A stretch of 64,000 nucleotides of DNA from Candidatus Bathyarchaeota archaeon (GCA_963833125.1 CAWHWX010000012.1:32001-96000); one strand, 5' to 3'; positions 36,928 to 48,474 are shown, counted from the stretch's first letter. Notes: generated from the sequence alone by a model not told the origin. Program-made: numbers and translations.

Positions 36928-38121
36928 ACTCGTTGAGTATAACGAAAACCCAAATGGTTCCAATGAGTGGTTCTGAAGCGATAGCAAAAGCGGCGGTACA
37001 ATCGAACATTGATTTCATCTCCGCGTACCCAATAACACCACAAACAATAATCGTAGAGCGCCTAAGCGACTTGGTCGCCGAAGGGGAGACGAAAGCAAAG
37101 TTCGTGAACGTTGAATCCGAACACTCTGCGATGTCCGCGTGCGTAGGCGCAAGCCTAGCCGGCGGCCGTGCCTTTACCGCCACTTCAAGCCAAGGTCTCG
37201 CTCTGATGCATGAGGTTCTATACTTGGCCTCAGGGTTGAGGTGCCCAATCGTTATGGGTGTCGCTAACCGTGCACTTTCGGCACCGATCAACATACACGG
37301 CGATCACTCTGACATGATGGGTTCTAGAGACTCTGGTTGGATTCAGTTGTATGTAGAGAACGGCCAGGAAGCGTACGATTGGGTTCTTCAAGCCTATCGT
37401 ATTGCGGAAGACGAACCGCGTTTCCTTGCCATTTTCTGTCAACATGGACGGATACGTAATCACTCACTCCGTAGAACCAATCGCACTGATCGACCAAGAT
37501 GCCACGAGCAAGTTTCTGCCGCCAAGACAGGCGTTGCTAAAACTTGATGCCGAGAAACCCATCACGATTGGGACACTTACGCTTCCTGACTACTACACAG
37601 AATTCAAGCGACAACAAGAAGAAGCTATGCGAAACGTTCCATCAGCGTTCGCTGACGTGACGAAAGACTTCACACAAATGAGCGGCAGAAGCTACGATCG
37701 CTTTCTACCATACGAAATCGAAGACGCGAAAGTCGCTATCGTCTCGCTGGGAAGTGCAAGTGGCACAGTGAGATGGGTTGCGAGGAATCTGCGCAAGAAA
37801 GGCTTGCCCGTTGGAGCTTTGAAGATCGCACTCTACAGACCGTTCCCACACGAAGAAGTCGGGAGAATGTTGGAGGGGCTTGATGTTGTAATAGTACTTG
37901 AGCGAGCTATGAGCTTAGGCTCCCATTGCGGCCCCCTCGCGAGCGACATAGTCTGTTCACTATACAACCGTTCGGAACAACCGAAAGTTTTGGATGTGGT
38001 CGCGGGACTCGGAGGGCGCGACCTCTCACCTGATAGCATCGAGCAAATCTTTCGAACAGGGCTAGGAACATCTCCTGGCTCAACTGGGTTGGAGATGGAG
38101 TTTGTGGGGGTGCGTGAATAA
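36924..38121 (+). CDS. porA: 2-oxoacid:ferredoxin oxidoreductase alpha subunit (frameshifted)
   Basis: [43 protein letters not shown]. Confidence 0.92.
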
Positions 38122-39042
38122 ATGGTAACCCTCAAAGAATTACAGGTCGAAGAACTCTACGGCCCAGGCCACCGCATGTGCGCTGGCTGCGGCGGCGCCG
38201 TTACCGCGAGAATGACCATGAAAGCAATGAAACGCCCAACATACGTGGTAAACGCCACCGGTTGCTTGGAAGTTGCAACAACTATCTACCCGTTCACGGC
38301 ATGGAGTGTTCCCTGGGTGCATGGCCTGTTTGAGAACGCCCCAGCCATCGCTAGCGGGATGGAAACCTACCTCAAGTCGAAAAACGATGGTAATCTCCAA
38401 GCCGACATCATAATCTTCGGGGGAGACGGCGGAACCTTCGACATCGGCTTACAAGCACTTTCAGGCGCATTTGAGAGAAGACATGACTTCGTCTATGTCT
38501 GTTACGACAACGAAGCCTACATGAACACCGGAATTCAACGATCGAGCGCAACACCCGAAGGGGCGTGGACGACCACGACGCCGGTTAGTGTTGCGTCACC
38601 AGGTAAGATCGGGCCGAAAAAGGATCTAGTCGCCATTGCCCTAGCTCATCACGTCGATTACGTAGCCACTGCCTGCACATCTTACTGGAGTGATTTCATC
38701 ACCAAGGTTCGTAAAGCTGCTGAGGTTGAAGGTCCAGCTCTGATTCACGCGATCGCCCCGTGTCCGCTGGGATGGCGTTTTCCGACGGATCAGACAATTC
38801 AGATGGGACGACTTGCGGTGCAGAGCCGATACTTCCCGCTCTACGAAGTTGAGAAAGGAAAGTACAAGATGAGCATCAGCCCACACCAAGTACCGCTTGA
38901 AGACTTCCTACGTCAGCAAGGTCGTTTCAGCCACCTGTTCCAACCTCCGGGCGCTCAGGAGCTTATGGTCTTGAAAACACAGGTTGAACAGCGCTGGGCT
39001 GCATTACAAGAACTCTGCCAAGGAAGACATCCAACGTGGTAA
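38122..39042 (+). CDS. porB: 2-oxoacid:ferredoxin oxidoreductase beta subunit
   Basis: GH.MCAGCG, TGCLE, GGDGG..DIG, YDNEAYMNTGIQRS. Confidence 0.93.
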   Translation: MVTLKELQVEELYGPGHRMCAGCGGAVTARMTMKAMKRPTYVVNATGCLEVATTIYPFTAWSVPWVHGLFENAPAIASGMETYLKSKNDGNLQADIIIFGGDGGTFDIGLQALSGAFERRHDFVYVCYDNEAYMNTGIQRSSATPEGAWTTTTPVSVASPGKIGPKKDLVAIALAHHVDYVATACTSYWSDFITKVRKAAEVEGPALIHAIAPCPLGWRFPTDQTIQMGRLAVQSRYFPLYEVEKGKYKMSISPHQVPLEDFLRQQGRFSHLFQPPGAQELMVLKTQVEQRWAALQELCQGRHPTW

Positions 39043-39082
39043 CCTCACACGAATGACCTACTGAGATGGAGGTGAGAGATTC

Positions 39083-39214
39083 TTGGGTATGATCGGAAGA
39101 TGCGCCGAATGCCGCGATGCCTACGGAAACGACTGCGGAGTATGCACAGTATGCGGAGCCGCTCCTCACGAAGTATGTCTCCACTGCCCACCTAGTCTGA
39201 CACTCAGTGGCTAA
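39083..39214 (+). CDS. Cys-rich zinc-finger microprotein (43 aa)
   Basis: GGAGGTGA 7 nt before TTG; (M)GMIGRCAECRDAYGNDCGVCTVCGAAPHEVCLHCPPSLTLSG; below the ORF-track length cutoff. Confidence 0.7.
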   Translation: MGMIGRCAECRDAYGNDCGVCTVCGAAPHEVCLHCPPSLTLSG

Positions 39215-39300
39215 ATCAGTCTCCGGATGAGCCACTATCTTCAACGAGATTAGGGGATTAGATAAACGGTTTAAGTTAGTGTGGGTTTTGTGGCATTCCA

Positions 39301-39417
39301 GGGCCGGTAGTTCAGCCTGGTATGCCCGAATTTGCTTAGGGGCCAAAGAACGTCCGGTTCGCATCCACGCGAAGGAAAACCGGAAGGCCGCGGGTTCAAA
39401 TCCCGCCCGGTCCACCA
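39301..39417 (+). tRNA. tRNA-Ala(CGC) with two introns (21/22 ~24 nt, anticodon loop ~15 nt), CCA encoded
   Basis: GGGCCGG/CCGGTCC stem with G3:U70, TCCGG-TTCGCA..A-CCGGA, GCGGG-TTCAAAT-CCCGC. Confidence 0.88.
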
Positions 39418-39713
39418 ACAATCATTATCATTCATTCCACTCATTCTTCTTCCGACAAAGACTCATTTCAGATTATCAATGATAGGCGAATTCGAAATTC
39501 ATGAATCCGTCCCTCCTAGAGTTCTAGCTGAACCATCATAGAGACGAGCGGAATTGGGGAGTGAACGGCGACGGCGTTGACTACGATATATGCATCTAAA
39601 ACCGGTATACACAAAAGTCTCAATGGGCCGACGCAATTTTGGCTTGACTCTATGTTTTAGCTTCCGCAGTACTTTTCACAATCTACTTTCGGTGATTTTC
39701 ACGCACCTTTGTC

Positions 39714-40487
39714 ATGAATGATTTTCCTCTCCGGTGCGTCGTTTCAATCGAAAGGTGTGGGCGCTTGCAAAGGATGTTCCTCTTAGTACTTGTAGCGTTG
39801 ACTATTTTCGTCCCAGCCCCTAGCAGTATGGCGATCGCCCCTAAGGCACCATCTAGAGTTCTGATTCTCTCGTCCGTTGAGAGCCAATATCCGATGCAAT
39901 ATATACTCGACGTGAGGGCGGAGTTGAAACAGGCAGGCTATAACGTTACTTTCGTGAAGGGTGCGGCGATAACAATCAGTCTTCTCACGACTCAACTCGA
40001 TAAGTACGACATCGTAATTTGGCGAACCGACATGTACGTGCACGGCAACACAACTTACTGGTACCTCGGCGAGCCTGCTAACCAAACAACTCAGGAAGCA
40101 TATGCGGGAGCAATATCGCTCAGGACAATCGATGTTTCAAACGGAATGCTTGCCGTCAGTGCTGACTTCTTGAGCAGCAACTTCAGCCCAAACTCGCTCG
40201 CGAACGTCAAACTTGCAATTCTCATCTCTAGCATGTCAATAACAATCGCTCAGATATTCATCACGGCAGGAGTTAAGACAACCATTGACTTCTACCAACC
40301 CCTCAACACGCCCCTCAGCCTATTCGACTGGGTCACGAAATCACTCGTTGACTACATGACGACGGGAAGTAGCGTGAAGGATGCCATAGCAAAGACCATC
40401 TACAACTACGAATATGTGAGCTCACTCAGTGACACTTATTTGCCGCCAATTTCTTTCCTCGGCGATGGGAACCTACAAATCATCTGA
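39714..40487 (+). CDS. Secreted hypothetical protein
   Basis: Signal-peptide-like segment; alpha/beta domain ending in FLGDGN. Confidence 0.7.
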   Translation: MNDFPLRCVVSIERCGRLQRMFLLVLVALTIFVPAPSSMAIAPKAPSRVLILSSVESQYPMQYILDVRAELKQAGYNVTFVKGAAITISLLTTQLDKYDIVIWRTDMYVHGNTTYWYLGEPANQTTQEAYAGAISLRTIDVSNGMLAVSADFLSSNFSPNSLANVKLAILISSMSITIAQIFITAGVKTTIDFYQPLNTPLSLFDWVTKSLVDYMTTGSSVKDAIAKTIYNYEYVSSLSDTYLPPISFLGDGNLQII

Positions 40488-40616
40488 CCCAACACCCACT
40501 CGTCTGCAAGGTAAGTAAATACTCTCGAAGACCCACCGTTTCTTCGTCAGTAAGTCTTTTTAGCTATCGAACGAGCATCGCTGAACAAATCCGAAACACG
40601 CGGGTGCACACAAATT

Positions 40617-41648
40617 ATGGGCAATAGCCGTAGAGACCTGACTCCGAACCAAACAGCCAGGCCAGCCGTCGCGCTCGCGTTCGTGATCGTGGGGTCCATC
40701 CTGGCATGGGTCCTGAGGTCCCCCGATCTTTCAACTCTCCTTATCGCCGTGATTGGAAGATTCCCACAGTTGCTTGACCCAAGTCTTCACTTGGACGGTG
40801 TGGTTTTTCTACGAAGTCAAATCGAACTGCTGCAGAACTTCTCGACCCAGATTGTTGCGAAAAGTGATTGGGTTACAGGCGAGATGAGGCCGCGCCCGGT
40901 CGCGGTCGGAATCAAACTCAAGTTCTTCTTAGCGGTGGCGACGACCGACGTTTCAATAGTAATTCCGACATGGAATGAAGAAAAATACCTAACCAAATGT
41001 CTCGACTCATTAATCAATCAGTCTTGGCACGGCTCGTTCGAAATTATCGTAGTCGATGGAGGCAGCAACGATCAGACCGTGCAAATCGCTGAGAAATATG
41101 CTGACAAAGTGCTTATCGAACCAAAGCTCCGGGTGGGGGCAGCAAGGAACGCAGGCGCTAGAAATGCGGAGGGCGATATTCTCGCATTTATCGATGGTGA
41201 CACGATTGCTAACTCGCATTGGCTAGAAGCAATCACACGTGGGTTTCATGAGGAATCTATGGCAGTCGGACTTACAGGGCCTACTCTGCCATATGATGGT
41301 CAGCTTTATGATGTTATAACCTATCGATTGTGGACAATTTATCTTCAAAGAATTCTGCTCCACTTTGAGATGCCCCACGTGATTGGTTTCAATTGCGCCT
41401 ACAGGCGTGCGCCGTTCCTGCATGTCGGAGGCTTCGATGAGGAGAATGTAATGTCAGAGGACATTAAACTCGCTCATAAGATACGCCGGTACGGTAAGAT
41501 CAAGTTCGATCGGCACATGTCAGCCCTGACGTCTGCGAGAAGGTTCAGAAAATATGGCCGAACCTACATTGCTGGTCTATACATCATGAACGGTTTCTCA
41601 ACACTCCTGCTCAACAGGAGCCATTCCGATTATCCTCCCGTCCGCTGA
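40617..41648 (+). CDS. Glycosyltransferase family 2
   Basis: VSIVIPTWNEE, IIVVDGGS.D, ARNAGA, AFIDGD, GGFDE, ED; true start may be near 40935. Confidence 0.9.
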   Translation: MGNSRRDLTPNQTARPAVALAFVIVGSILAWVLRSPDLSTLLIAVIGRFPQLLDPSLHLDGVVFLRSQIELLQNFSTQIVAKSDWVTGEMRPRPVAVGIKLKFFLAVATTDVSIVIPTWNEEKYLTKCLDSLINQSWHGSFEIIVVDGGSNDQTVQIAEKYADKVLIEPKLRVGAARNAGARNAEGDILAFIDGDTIANSHWLEAITRGFHEESMAVGLTGPTLPYDGQLYDVITYRLWTIYLQRILLHFEMPHVIGFNCAYRRAPFLHVGGFDEENVMSEDIKLAHKIRRYGKIKFDRHMSALTSARRFRKYGRTYIAGLYIMNGFSTLLLNRSHSDYPPVR

Positions 41649-41877
41649 ATGTCAGTTAATCCTTAAGCCGCTCGAACTTACACGTTTACCGTCGCAGAAT
41701 CCCACCGGGAATGCTTAAAGCTCAATTTCAATCGCATTCAAATGGATTGTAATGCAATTTCATTTAGGCCACTATTTGTCGGTGCGCTCGTCCTCATTTG
41801 GGGGATCGTCACGATAGTGGGCCAGATAATCATTAGCCTGTGGATTCTTTCGCACGCAATCAGGAGAACGTAGGGGA

Positions 41878-43191
41878 TTGGGTTTGAAGGAATCGCAAAT
41901 TTCGCTCCCCGTCAACGAACTCCCCACTAAATGGTATAACATTGTGCCTGACCTCCCCGTGAAACTTCCGCCCCCCAAAGAACCTGGAGATGGTGAATCA
42001 CGCTTTGAAGCCTTGGGGCGGAGGCTGGTTGGAGAATGCTTGCGACAGGAATCCTCTGATTCACGTTGGATCGACATACCTGACGGTGTCCGAGAACTCT
42101 ACATTCAGGCTGGCAGGCCACGTCCACTCTACAGAGCCTATAGACTCGAAAAGAAACTAGGCCTCAGCAAGGTTCGGATTTACTACAAAAGAGAGGATCT
42201 GAGCCCGACTGGTTCACATAAAGTAAACACAGCGTTGCCTCAAGCATACTACGCTGCGAAAGAAGGTAAGAAGGTTCTCGTGACGGAGACAGGGGCCGGA
42301 CAGTGGGGAACCGCCCTAGCTTACGCAGCATGTCTAATGGGACTCTCGACGGTCGTCTTCTGGGTTCGAGCAGTACACGAGTGGAAAAGCGCGCGTCGAG
42401 CGCTGATGCAAATGTACGGCGCAAAAGTGTTCGCCTCACCAAGCGCCGAAACAACGTTTGGCAAGCGCCTGTTGAGAGAGAATCCCAAACATCCTGGATC
42501 ACTAGGTATCGCGGTATCAGAGGGGCTTGAGTACACGGACGGGTCACCCGAGAGAGTTTACTGCCTCGGCTCCGTCCTAAACCACGTCCTCATCCATCAA
42601 TCGATCATAGGACTTGAGGCGATCAAACAGTTCGACTATGTAGATGACTCACCAGATCTAATCGTCGGTTGCTTGGGAGGAGGATCAAACTTCGGCGGCA
42701 TTGCACTCCCATTCATGGGCGAAGTACTCGCTGGCAAGAGAACATGTGAATTCCTCGCGGCCCAATCCGAAGCCGCGCCCAACCTAATCCAAGGGAAATA
42801 CCAGTACGATTACGGCGACTCGGCAGGGCATACGCCCCTACTGATGATGTACACACTTGGTCATGAGGCGGAGATGAAGCCCATACGATCCGACGGCCTC
42901 CGGTATCACGCTGCCGCCCCCATCATAAGTGCGCTGAGGCACAGTGGACACATCAGGGCGGTAGCTTACCCCGCAGATGAGGTGGCTGTATTCGCTGCTG
43001 CTAAAATCTTCCTCGAGTCCGAAGGATGGCTAATCGCAGGGGAATCCGCCCACGGAGTTCGCGCCGCGATTGATGAAGCGAAAGCAGCCGAATCTAAGGG
43101 CGAAAAGAAATGCATACTCGTTAACATCAGCGGACATGGGTTCCTAGATATGGACGCATATCGCTCAGTCCTTAAACTGGATAGCCAATAG
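41878..43191 (+). CDS. trpB2: TrpB-like PLP enzyme (type 2 tryptophan synthase beta)
   Basis: SPTGSHKVNTA, TETGAGQWG, PGSLGIAVSE, GSVLNHV, GGGSNF, GLRYH. Confidence 0.93.
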   Translation: MGLKESQISLPVNELPTKWYNIVPDLPVKLPPPKEPGDGESRFEALGRRLVGECLRQESSDSRWIDIPDGVRELYIQAGRPRPLYRAYRLEKKLGLSKVRIYYKREDLSPTGSHKVNTALPQAYYAAKEGKKVLVTETGAGQWGTALAYAACLMGLSTVVFWVRAVHEWKSARRALMQMYGAKVFASPSAETTFGKRLLRENPKHPGSLGIAVSEGLEYTDGSPERVYCLGSVLNHVLIHQSIIGLEAIKQFDYVDDSPDLIVGCLGGGSNFGGIALPFMGEVLAGKRTCEFLAAQSEAAPNLIQGKYQYDYGDSAGHTPLLMMYTLGHEAEMKPIRSDGLRYHAAAPIISALRHSGHIRAVAYPADEVAVFAAAKIFLESEGWLIAGESAHGVRAAIDEAKAAESKGEKKCILVNISGHGFLDMDAYRSVLKLDSQ

Positions 43192-43213
43192 CAGAGCATC
43201 TAATCGTTGACGA

Positions 43214-44110
43214 TCAGAGACCGAGCAATTTCCTAGCATTTCCCGAAAGGATCATCGTTCTCACTTCAGGCTTGAGCGGCAGTGCCTCGAAGTCCTGAAG
43301 CCATCTGCTCGGGCTTAACATCGGGTAGTCTGTCCCAAACAGAAACTTGTGAGGAATCAATTTCGACATGTAAGTTACCAAGAGTGGCTGGAAGTATTTC
43401 GGAGACCAGCCTGAGAGATCGATGTACGTATTCTCTTTGTGCATTGCGATCGCGAGTTGCTCATCCTGCCATGGCCATCCAGGATGTGCCATTATGAGCT
43501 TCAATTCAGGGAAGTCTGCCGCCACATCATCCAAGAGCATAGGATCCGAAAAACGCAGCTTCAAACCTCCACCTCCGTCCAGCCCTGCACCCCAATAGGT
43601 CGAGCCTGTGTGGAACGTAATTGGTATCTTCAGTTCGACACATTTTGAGTATATCGGGTAATATTTGCGATCGTTCGGCTCAAATGCTTGGGCTTGAGGA
43701 TGCAGCTTCAACCCTCGGAGTTTCAGTTCCGTAACGGCGTGCTCAAGATCTTTTACGGCAGACTTCTTGTGCGGGTCCACCGAAGCGAACCCTATAATCT
43801 GATCCGGGTACTGTTCAGCGATCTTTGCCACGAATTCATTCGTGACTGGTGGTCTGTGGCTTGCTGTTTCGGCGTCCCATGCGAAGAGCACAAGCTTCTC
43901 AACTCCGCAATTTGAGTACTCTTCGAGCATCCCCTCAATCGTCTTTAGTTCTATATCGTGCCCAAATTTCTTTGCCGCGGCGGCGACTTGTGCGCCGCCC
44001 GATTCTATGAGAAATTCCTTAGTTGGAGGGTGCACGTGCATGTCGATGAATCCACCCCTATTGTGCTGCAGCGCGTACACCTTTGATTGAGTCTTGAATC
44101 GACTAAGCAA
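43214..44110 (-). CDS. Amidohydrolase family 2 protein
   Basis: IDMHVH, GLKLHP, FHTG, AHPGWPW, LFGTDYP. Confidence 0.9.
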   Translation of the reverse strand: MLSRFKTQSKVYALQHNRGGFIDMHVHPPTKEFLIESGGAQVAAAAKKFGHDIELKTIEGMLEEYSNCGVEKLVLFAWDAETASHRPPVTNEFVAKIAEQYPDQIIGFASVDPHKKSAVKDLEHAVTELKLRGLKLHPQAQAFEPNDRKYYPIYSKCVELKIPITFHTGSTYWGAGLDGGGGLKLRFSDPMLLDDVAADFPELKLIMAHPGWPWQDEQLAIAMHKENTYIDLSGWSPKYFQPLLVTYMSKLIPHKFLFGTDYPMLSPSRWLQDFEALPLKPEVRTMILSGNARKLLGL

Positions 44111-44136
44111 TCATAAAAACACACAATGTGAATCTG

Positions 44137-45352
44137 TTAGGACGTTTCGATCGCTACGGGTTTGTCAGTTACCTCGCTGATCTGGTCTTCAATAGATGTC
44201 TTGTGCTTGAGGACATTCTTTGTCAGCTGGTCCATTCGTCGACGCAATTCTGAGTTATGAGCGGTGAGGGTCTCTTTCTCGCGGTGAATACTCGCTAAGG
44301 ATTGGTCCAATTGCTCCATTCTATCAAAAAGTCCAGAAGCCTTCAGCTGGCGAAGTGTTTCCTGGATATTCGCTTGAATCGCCAAATATTCTTCACGCAT
44401 TTTGTCGACGACGCCAGCCTTGAATTGTTGTATCACCTCTTCTGCTCTATGGAGCCTTCGTTCCTCGATATCTAGATCTCCGCGCGCCAGTTCATCGCTT
44501 AGTTGGTCGAGCAGTCGAGTCAAGGCAAATGTTTGTCCGCCTGCGACCGTATCTATCGTGATTATCAATCAGGCTGCGCAGCGTCCCAATATCCACGGTT
44601 TTGTTCCGGTTTGATGCGGCCTCTCGTTCGAGTTTTGTGAGGGGCTTGATTACCGGCTGGAAGAACTGCTTTATCTCGTCTCCTTTAGCTTGTAGCGAGT
44701 TCTCATAGCCTTTCAATTCAAGATATGCTTCCTCAGAAGCAACGTTCTCCTTAGCTGCCTGTATTTCCTTCTCTTTGCCTTTCAATTCTTCAAGAGAGTT
44801 AGTCTGTTCGTTCTCCTCGGCTCTGAGTTTCCGGAGTTCACTGTGCATCTGTGGTAGGAGTTGCGCATCTTTTTGCAGCAGCTCGAATTTATTTCCTGGG
44901 GATTCATCAAGCGCTTTACCCAATGAGCGAACGGCTGATTCCATCCTCCCTAGGGCAACATTAAGTGCCGCCATTTCAACTCGTAGTCCACGGCGGAGTT
45001 TGGGAAGGTACTTGCGAACGGTCTTTATGATTTTATTAAGCGCCTCAACAGAGTCATCGTGAAACTTCTCTAAGTCTTGGTAGCTTGTCGAGGTTTGTTG
45101 TCGAGAAAGATTCTTGGATGTTTCCTGGATCGTTTGTGCCATACGGGTTCCGTAATCTGAGGCGGACTTATCCATCGTTCCCCATGCGTTCCGAACAGCC
45201 GCCTCTAACCTAGACGCTGCGCTTTCAAGGCTATTGCACGCCTCCTTCACAGCCCTGGTTCTTTCGGCAAACCGTTTCTCATGTTCATTCATTACTTTGC
45301 GTTCTAACGATTGACAGAAATTAGGCAGGTCATCGACGCCAATATCCGTCAA
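44137..45352 (-). CDS. Coiled-coil protein (frameshift near 44570)
   Basis: Heptad-rich helical sequence over two overlapping ORFs. Confidence 0.7.
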
Positions 45353-45354
45353 TC

Positions 45355-46272
45355 CTATCCCGCCACTCGATTGTCCGTGTTTCCCGAAGTCGACGAATCC
45401 TCTTTCTGAGCGTCCTGACTTTGGATCCTAAGTCGGTCTAGAGAGGCCTCTACTGCTTGGCGAATTTGTTCGCAGACGCTTCTTCTAATCTCCAATCCAT
45501 CGTCTACCGTACTTTCTTTCAATTTCGCCAACTGCTGCCTTAACTCCGCTTCTTGCACGCTGACCTGTTTTCGTTTTTCCTGATAGTTAGATCTCAAGCC
45601 GTCCAGTTGTAGTTTGAGTTTCTCTTCCTTACCATGTAGGGCGCTTTTTTTCGATTGAAGCGAATGCGAGCTACCTTCAATTTTGACTTTCGACCTGCCG
45701 AGGATCCTGTCGAGCACGGTAGGCTTCTTGCGGAGCAGCTTCAGCCTTTCTGCATCGAGGGCATCAATCTCGCCGCGAATCTTATCTATGGATCTCTCAT
45801 ACCCTCTTCTCGCTTCATGTGTCCGGTTCCTTTGCTCTCTTTCCAGATCAGAAATTTCAACATCATATATCGACAACTGCTTTTGTAAATCCGTGACTTG
45901 AGTAGAGAGGGCCATCTCTCCCTCGATTCTCTTTGTGAGTTCGTTTCGTATATTCGTCATCAGCGTTGTTATCGTGGCCTCGTATTGCTTGTCCGCTGCA
46001 TCAGGTATGGAATCCTTGAAGTCGGCCAAGACACTCTCTATATCCTTCAACCAACGCTGGAAATGCTCGTAGAACGGAGGTAGGGCGAAGCGTTGGTTTC
46101 CTAAATGATCGAGCGCGTTCGTTATTCTTGATGAGACATCATGAGGGTTTACCGGGATTACTTCTTGATAGGGGAATGCGTTTTCTGGTCTAGTTCTTTC
46201 TTCTTTGAGGGCGGGTTTCTTCGTCGATGCTCTACGAGAGCGCATGCCGCGAGTACGTGGTTCGTAGCTCAT
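45355..46272 (-). CDS. Coiled-coil protein
   Basis: LGNQRFALPPFYEHF.RW head followed by a long heptad repeat. Confidence 0.75.
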   Translation of the reverse strand: MSYEPRTRGMRSRRASTKKPALKEERTRPENAFPYQEVIPVNPHDVSSRITNALDHLGNQRFALPPFYEHFQRWLKDIESVLADFKDSIPDAADKQYEATITTLMTNIRNELTKRIEGEMALSTQVTDLQKQLSIYDVEISDLEREQRNRTHEARRGYERSIDKIRGEIDALDAERLKLLRKKPTVLDRILGRSKVKIEGSSHSLQSKKSALHGKEEKLKLQLDGLRSNYQEKRKQVSVQEAELRQQLAKLKESTVDDGLEIRRSVCEQIRQAVEASLDRLRIQSQDAQKEDSSTSGNTDNRVAG

Positions 46273-46323
46273 GGTTGGTCCGTTCGATTTTCTCTGTATA
46301 TATGTAAAGCGTGAGTCGGCGTT

Positions 46324-46873
46324 CTAGTGGCTCTCAGGGCTCCTTAGCCAATAGTGGCGTATCGTTAAACCTGCGACTATTCCGCCTGCGTGGGCCAGAA
46401 AACCGCCACCCGCGAAGACATTCAATCCGATGAATAAGATCATACCGACGAGTCCCTTCCAGCCTCCCGCTGCCGCAAGCAGTCCAAATATTGCCCCGGA
46501 GGCACCCACGCCTATCGCGTTGCCTCCAAGAAAGAGGAACGCAATATTCCCAGCCAGTCCACTTGCGAAATATGTAACTAACCATTTCTTTCTTGAGACT
46601 TGCTCCTCGAGAGAGGTTCCGAAGATTAGGAGAAACAGTACGTTTCCACCGAGGTGTGAAGGGTTCGCGTGAAGGAATAACGATGTGAACAGCATCCACA
46701 CTGCGCCTTGCCAAACAGCTGAATTTACTTGAGCAAGCGGGTAGAACACATCGTAATTAAGGGAAAGCAAGTTGCCGCCAACAATCCCCGTAATCAAATA
46801 AACAACAATCAGCGACGCCTGACATTAGCACTGACGGAGAATCTCTGATTCTAGAATTTCGCTGCTCCGCCAT
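46324..46873 (-). CDS. Rhomboid intramembrane serine protease (5' frameshift)
   Basis: LFTSLFLH...HL.GN, VGASGAIFG, AH.GG. Confidence 0.9.
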
Positions 46874-46924
46874 ACTCAAGCGTCCTCTTGGGTGAATTCG
46901 TTGCTTTTCAGCCCGATTTAATAA

Positions 46925-47825
46925 GTGACTCTCCCTCACCAGCAGCTTGTGACAGTCTCATCGACGCGAGCGTTTCAAATTGGCGAAAGAATTGCGAGAC
47001 TCTCAGTCCTAACCCTCCTGGCGATAGGCGTTGTAGAATTAATTGTTGGGTTTTGGACTCGCAGTCTGGGGTTGAAAGCTGATGGCGTCGATTCACTTTC
47101 TGATTCCGTTGTATCCCTAATTGTATGGGTTGGTTTGCACTATTCTAGGCGTAGGCCTGACGCACGTTTTCATTTCGGATACCATAAGGTGGAGAGCCTA
47201 TCCCGCGCTCGTCGTGTCGTTCGCAACGGTTGGGGTAGCGATGTATATTATGTATAATGCCTACCGTACCTTCCTGAACCCGAACACGATCGCATATCCA
47301 ACTCTGGCCCTCGCGACGTTGGCCGTGTGCGGTTCCATCTCTGCATACCGAGCTTTTCAAATGAGAGCCATAGCGAAAAAGTATGGGCTGCTCTCTCTCA
47401 GGACGGACGCAAACAATTCGATCAAGGATGCTACCGGAACCCTGGTGGTCTTCGTGAGCATAATCGGAGCTTCACTGGGGATTCATGTCCTCGACGCCGT
47501 CGGTGGTATGATCATCGCAATTTACATTCTCGGCGTCGCCTACGTCGCAATTCGAGAATCATCACTGATTTTGCTGGACGCCTGTGAAAGCCCGGAGCTC
47601 AGTGCGGTGTTGGCTGGGGCATTGAAAACCGTTGAAGGTATAGAGGAGGTTGGGAATATCAGGATGCGGCCGTCTGGCCCCTACATTACGGGGATCATAT
47701 CCGTCCTTGTTGACGGGCGAAGAACAATCGATGAGACAGAGCAACTACGTCGCAAGGTTTTGGAAGTAGTGTCAGCAATAGTTGATCCAGTGGGAGAAAT
47801 ATCGATCGTGTTCAGGCCAAAGTGA
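46925..47825 (+). CDS. Cation diffusion facilitator transporter (frameshifted)
   Basis: SLGL.ADGVDSLSD, PD.RFHFGYHKVE, L.TDA.NS.KD, C-terminal dimerisation domain. Confidence 0.88.
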
Positions 47826-47850
47826 GTAGAATAGGAGGTTTACTACGTGC

Positions 47851-48474
47851 TCATAGTCGGTCCACGTTGTCATACCAAGCAGTCAGTTTCTCGAACTTGT
47901 CAGGAAACTGGTTGCCTGAGTATGGAAGTGGTGTGACCGCTCCAAAAGCTGCGAAGTCTGCAAGGCTAGGTTTCTCGTCAATCAAGAATCTATGGTCCGT
48001 CAGCATTTCCTCAAGAATTTGAAAGTGGTTTTCCATCTGGATCTTCAGCTCGGGTCTCCTAGCTTGGAGCAGTTCTAACGAGCCACGTTTTGTTTCTTGG
48101 AGCTCGACGAAGACCCATCTTTCAACGTCATCTTTGAAGGTTTTCGGAAAATCAGGGACGGCGTACTGCCAAACAACATCCTCGAGGCGGTAGTGAGCCC
48201 AATTCTCGATCGCTTTCGCCTCGCCCCTTGTATGGTTCGGGTAAATGCTTGGCTCTGGAACCATTACCTCTAAGAAATCAGGAATTTCAGCGTAAGTTAT
48301 GATCTGATTACCGTCAACAAGGGCGGGGACATAATCTTGTCCGGTAGCTTTGAGTAATTCTCTTTTGTCGTGGGCTCCTACCGAGTTGATTTTGTACTTG
48401 ATCTTTTTGTAATCCATTATTTTTCGAGCTTTGACACACCAGTGACTCCAGGGTTCTTGGAATAGTGTGAGCAT
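47851..48474 (-). CDS. Glutathione S-transferase family protein
   Basis: SHWCVKAR, TGQ..VP.LVDG, FL..KPSLADFAAFG, L.AWY. Confidence 0.85.
   Translation of the reverse strand: MLTLFQEPWSHWCVKARKIMDYKKIKYKINSVGAHDKRELLKATGQDYVPALVDGNQIITYAEIPDFLEVMVPEPSIYPNHTRGEAKAIENWAHYRLEDVVWQYAVPDFPKTFKDDVERWVFVELQETKRGSLELLQARRPELKIQMENHFQILEEMLTDHRFLIDEKPSLADFAAFGAVTPLPYSGNQFPDKFEKLTAWYDNVDRL

Noticed and set aside
38963-39541. ORFs 38963(-), 39279(+) and 39332(+), including an integrase-like 'VDRAGFEPA' peptide
   Set aside because: These are translations of the tRNA-Ala gene; no duplicated tRNA 3' end or integrase lies nearby.
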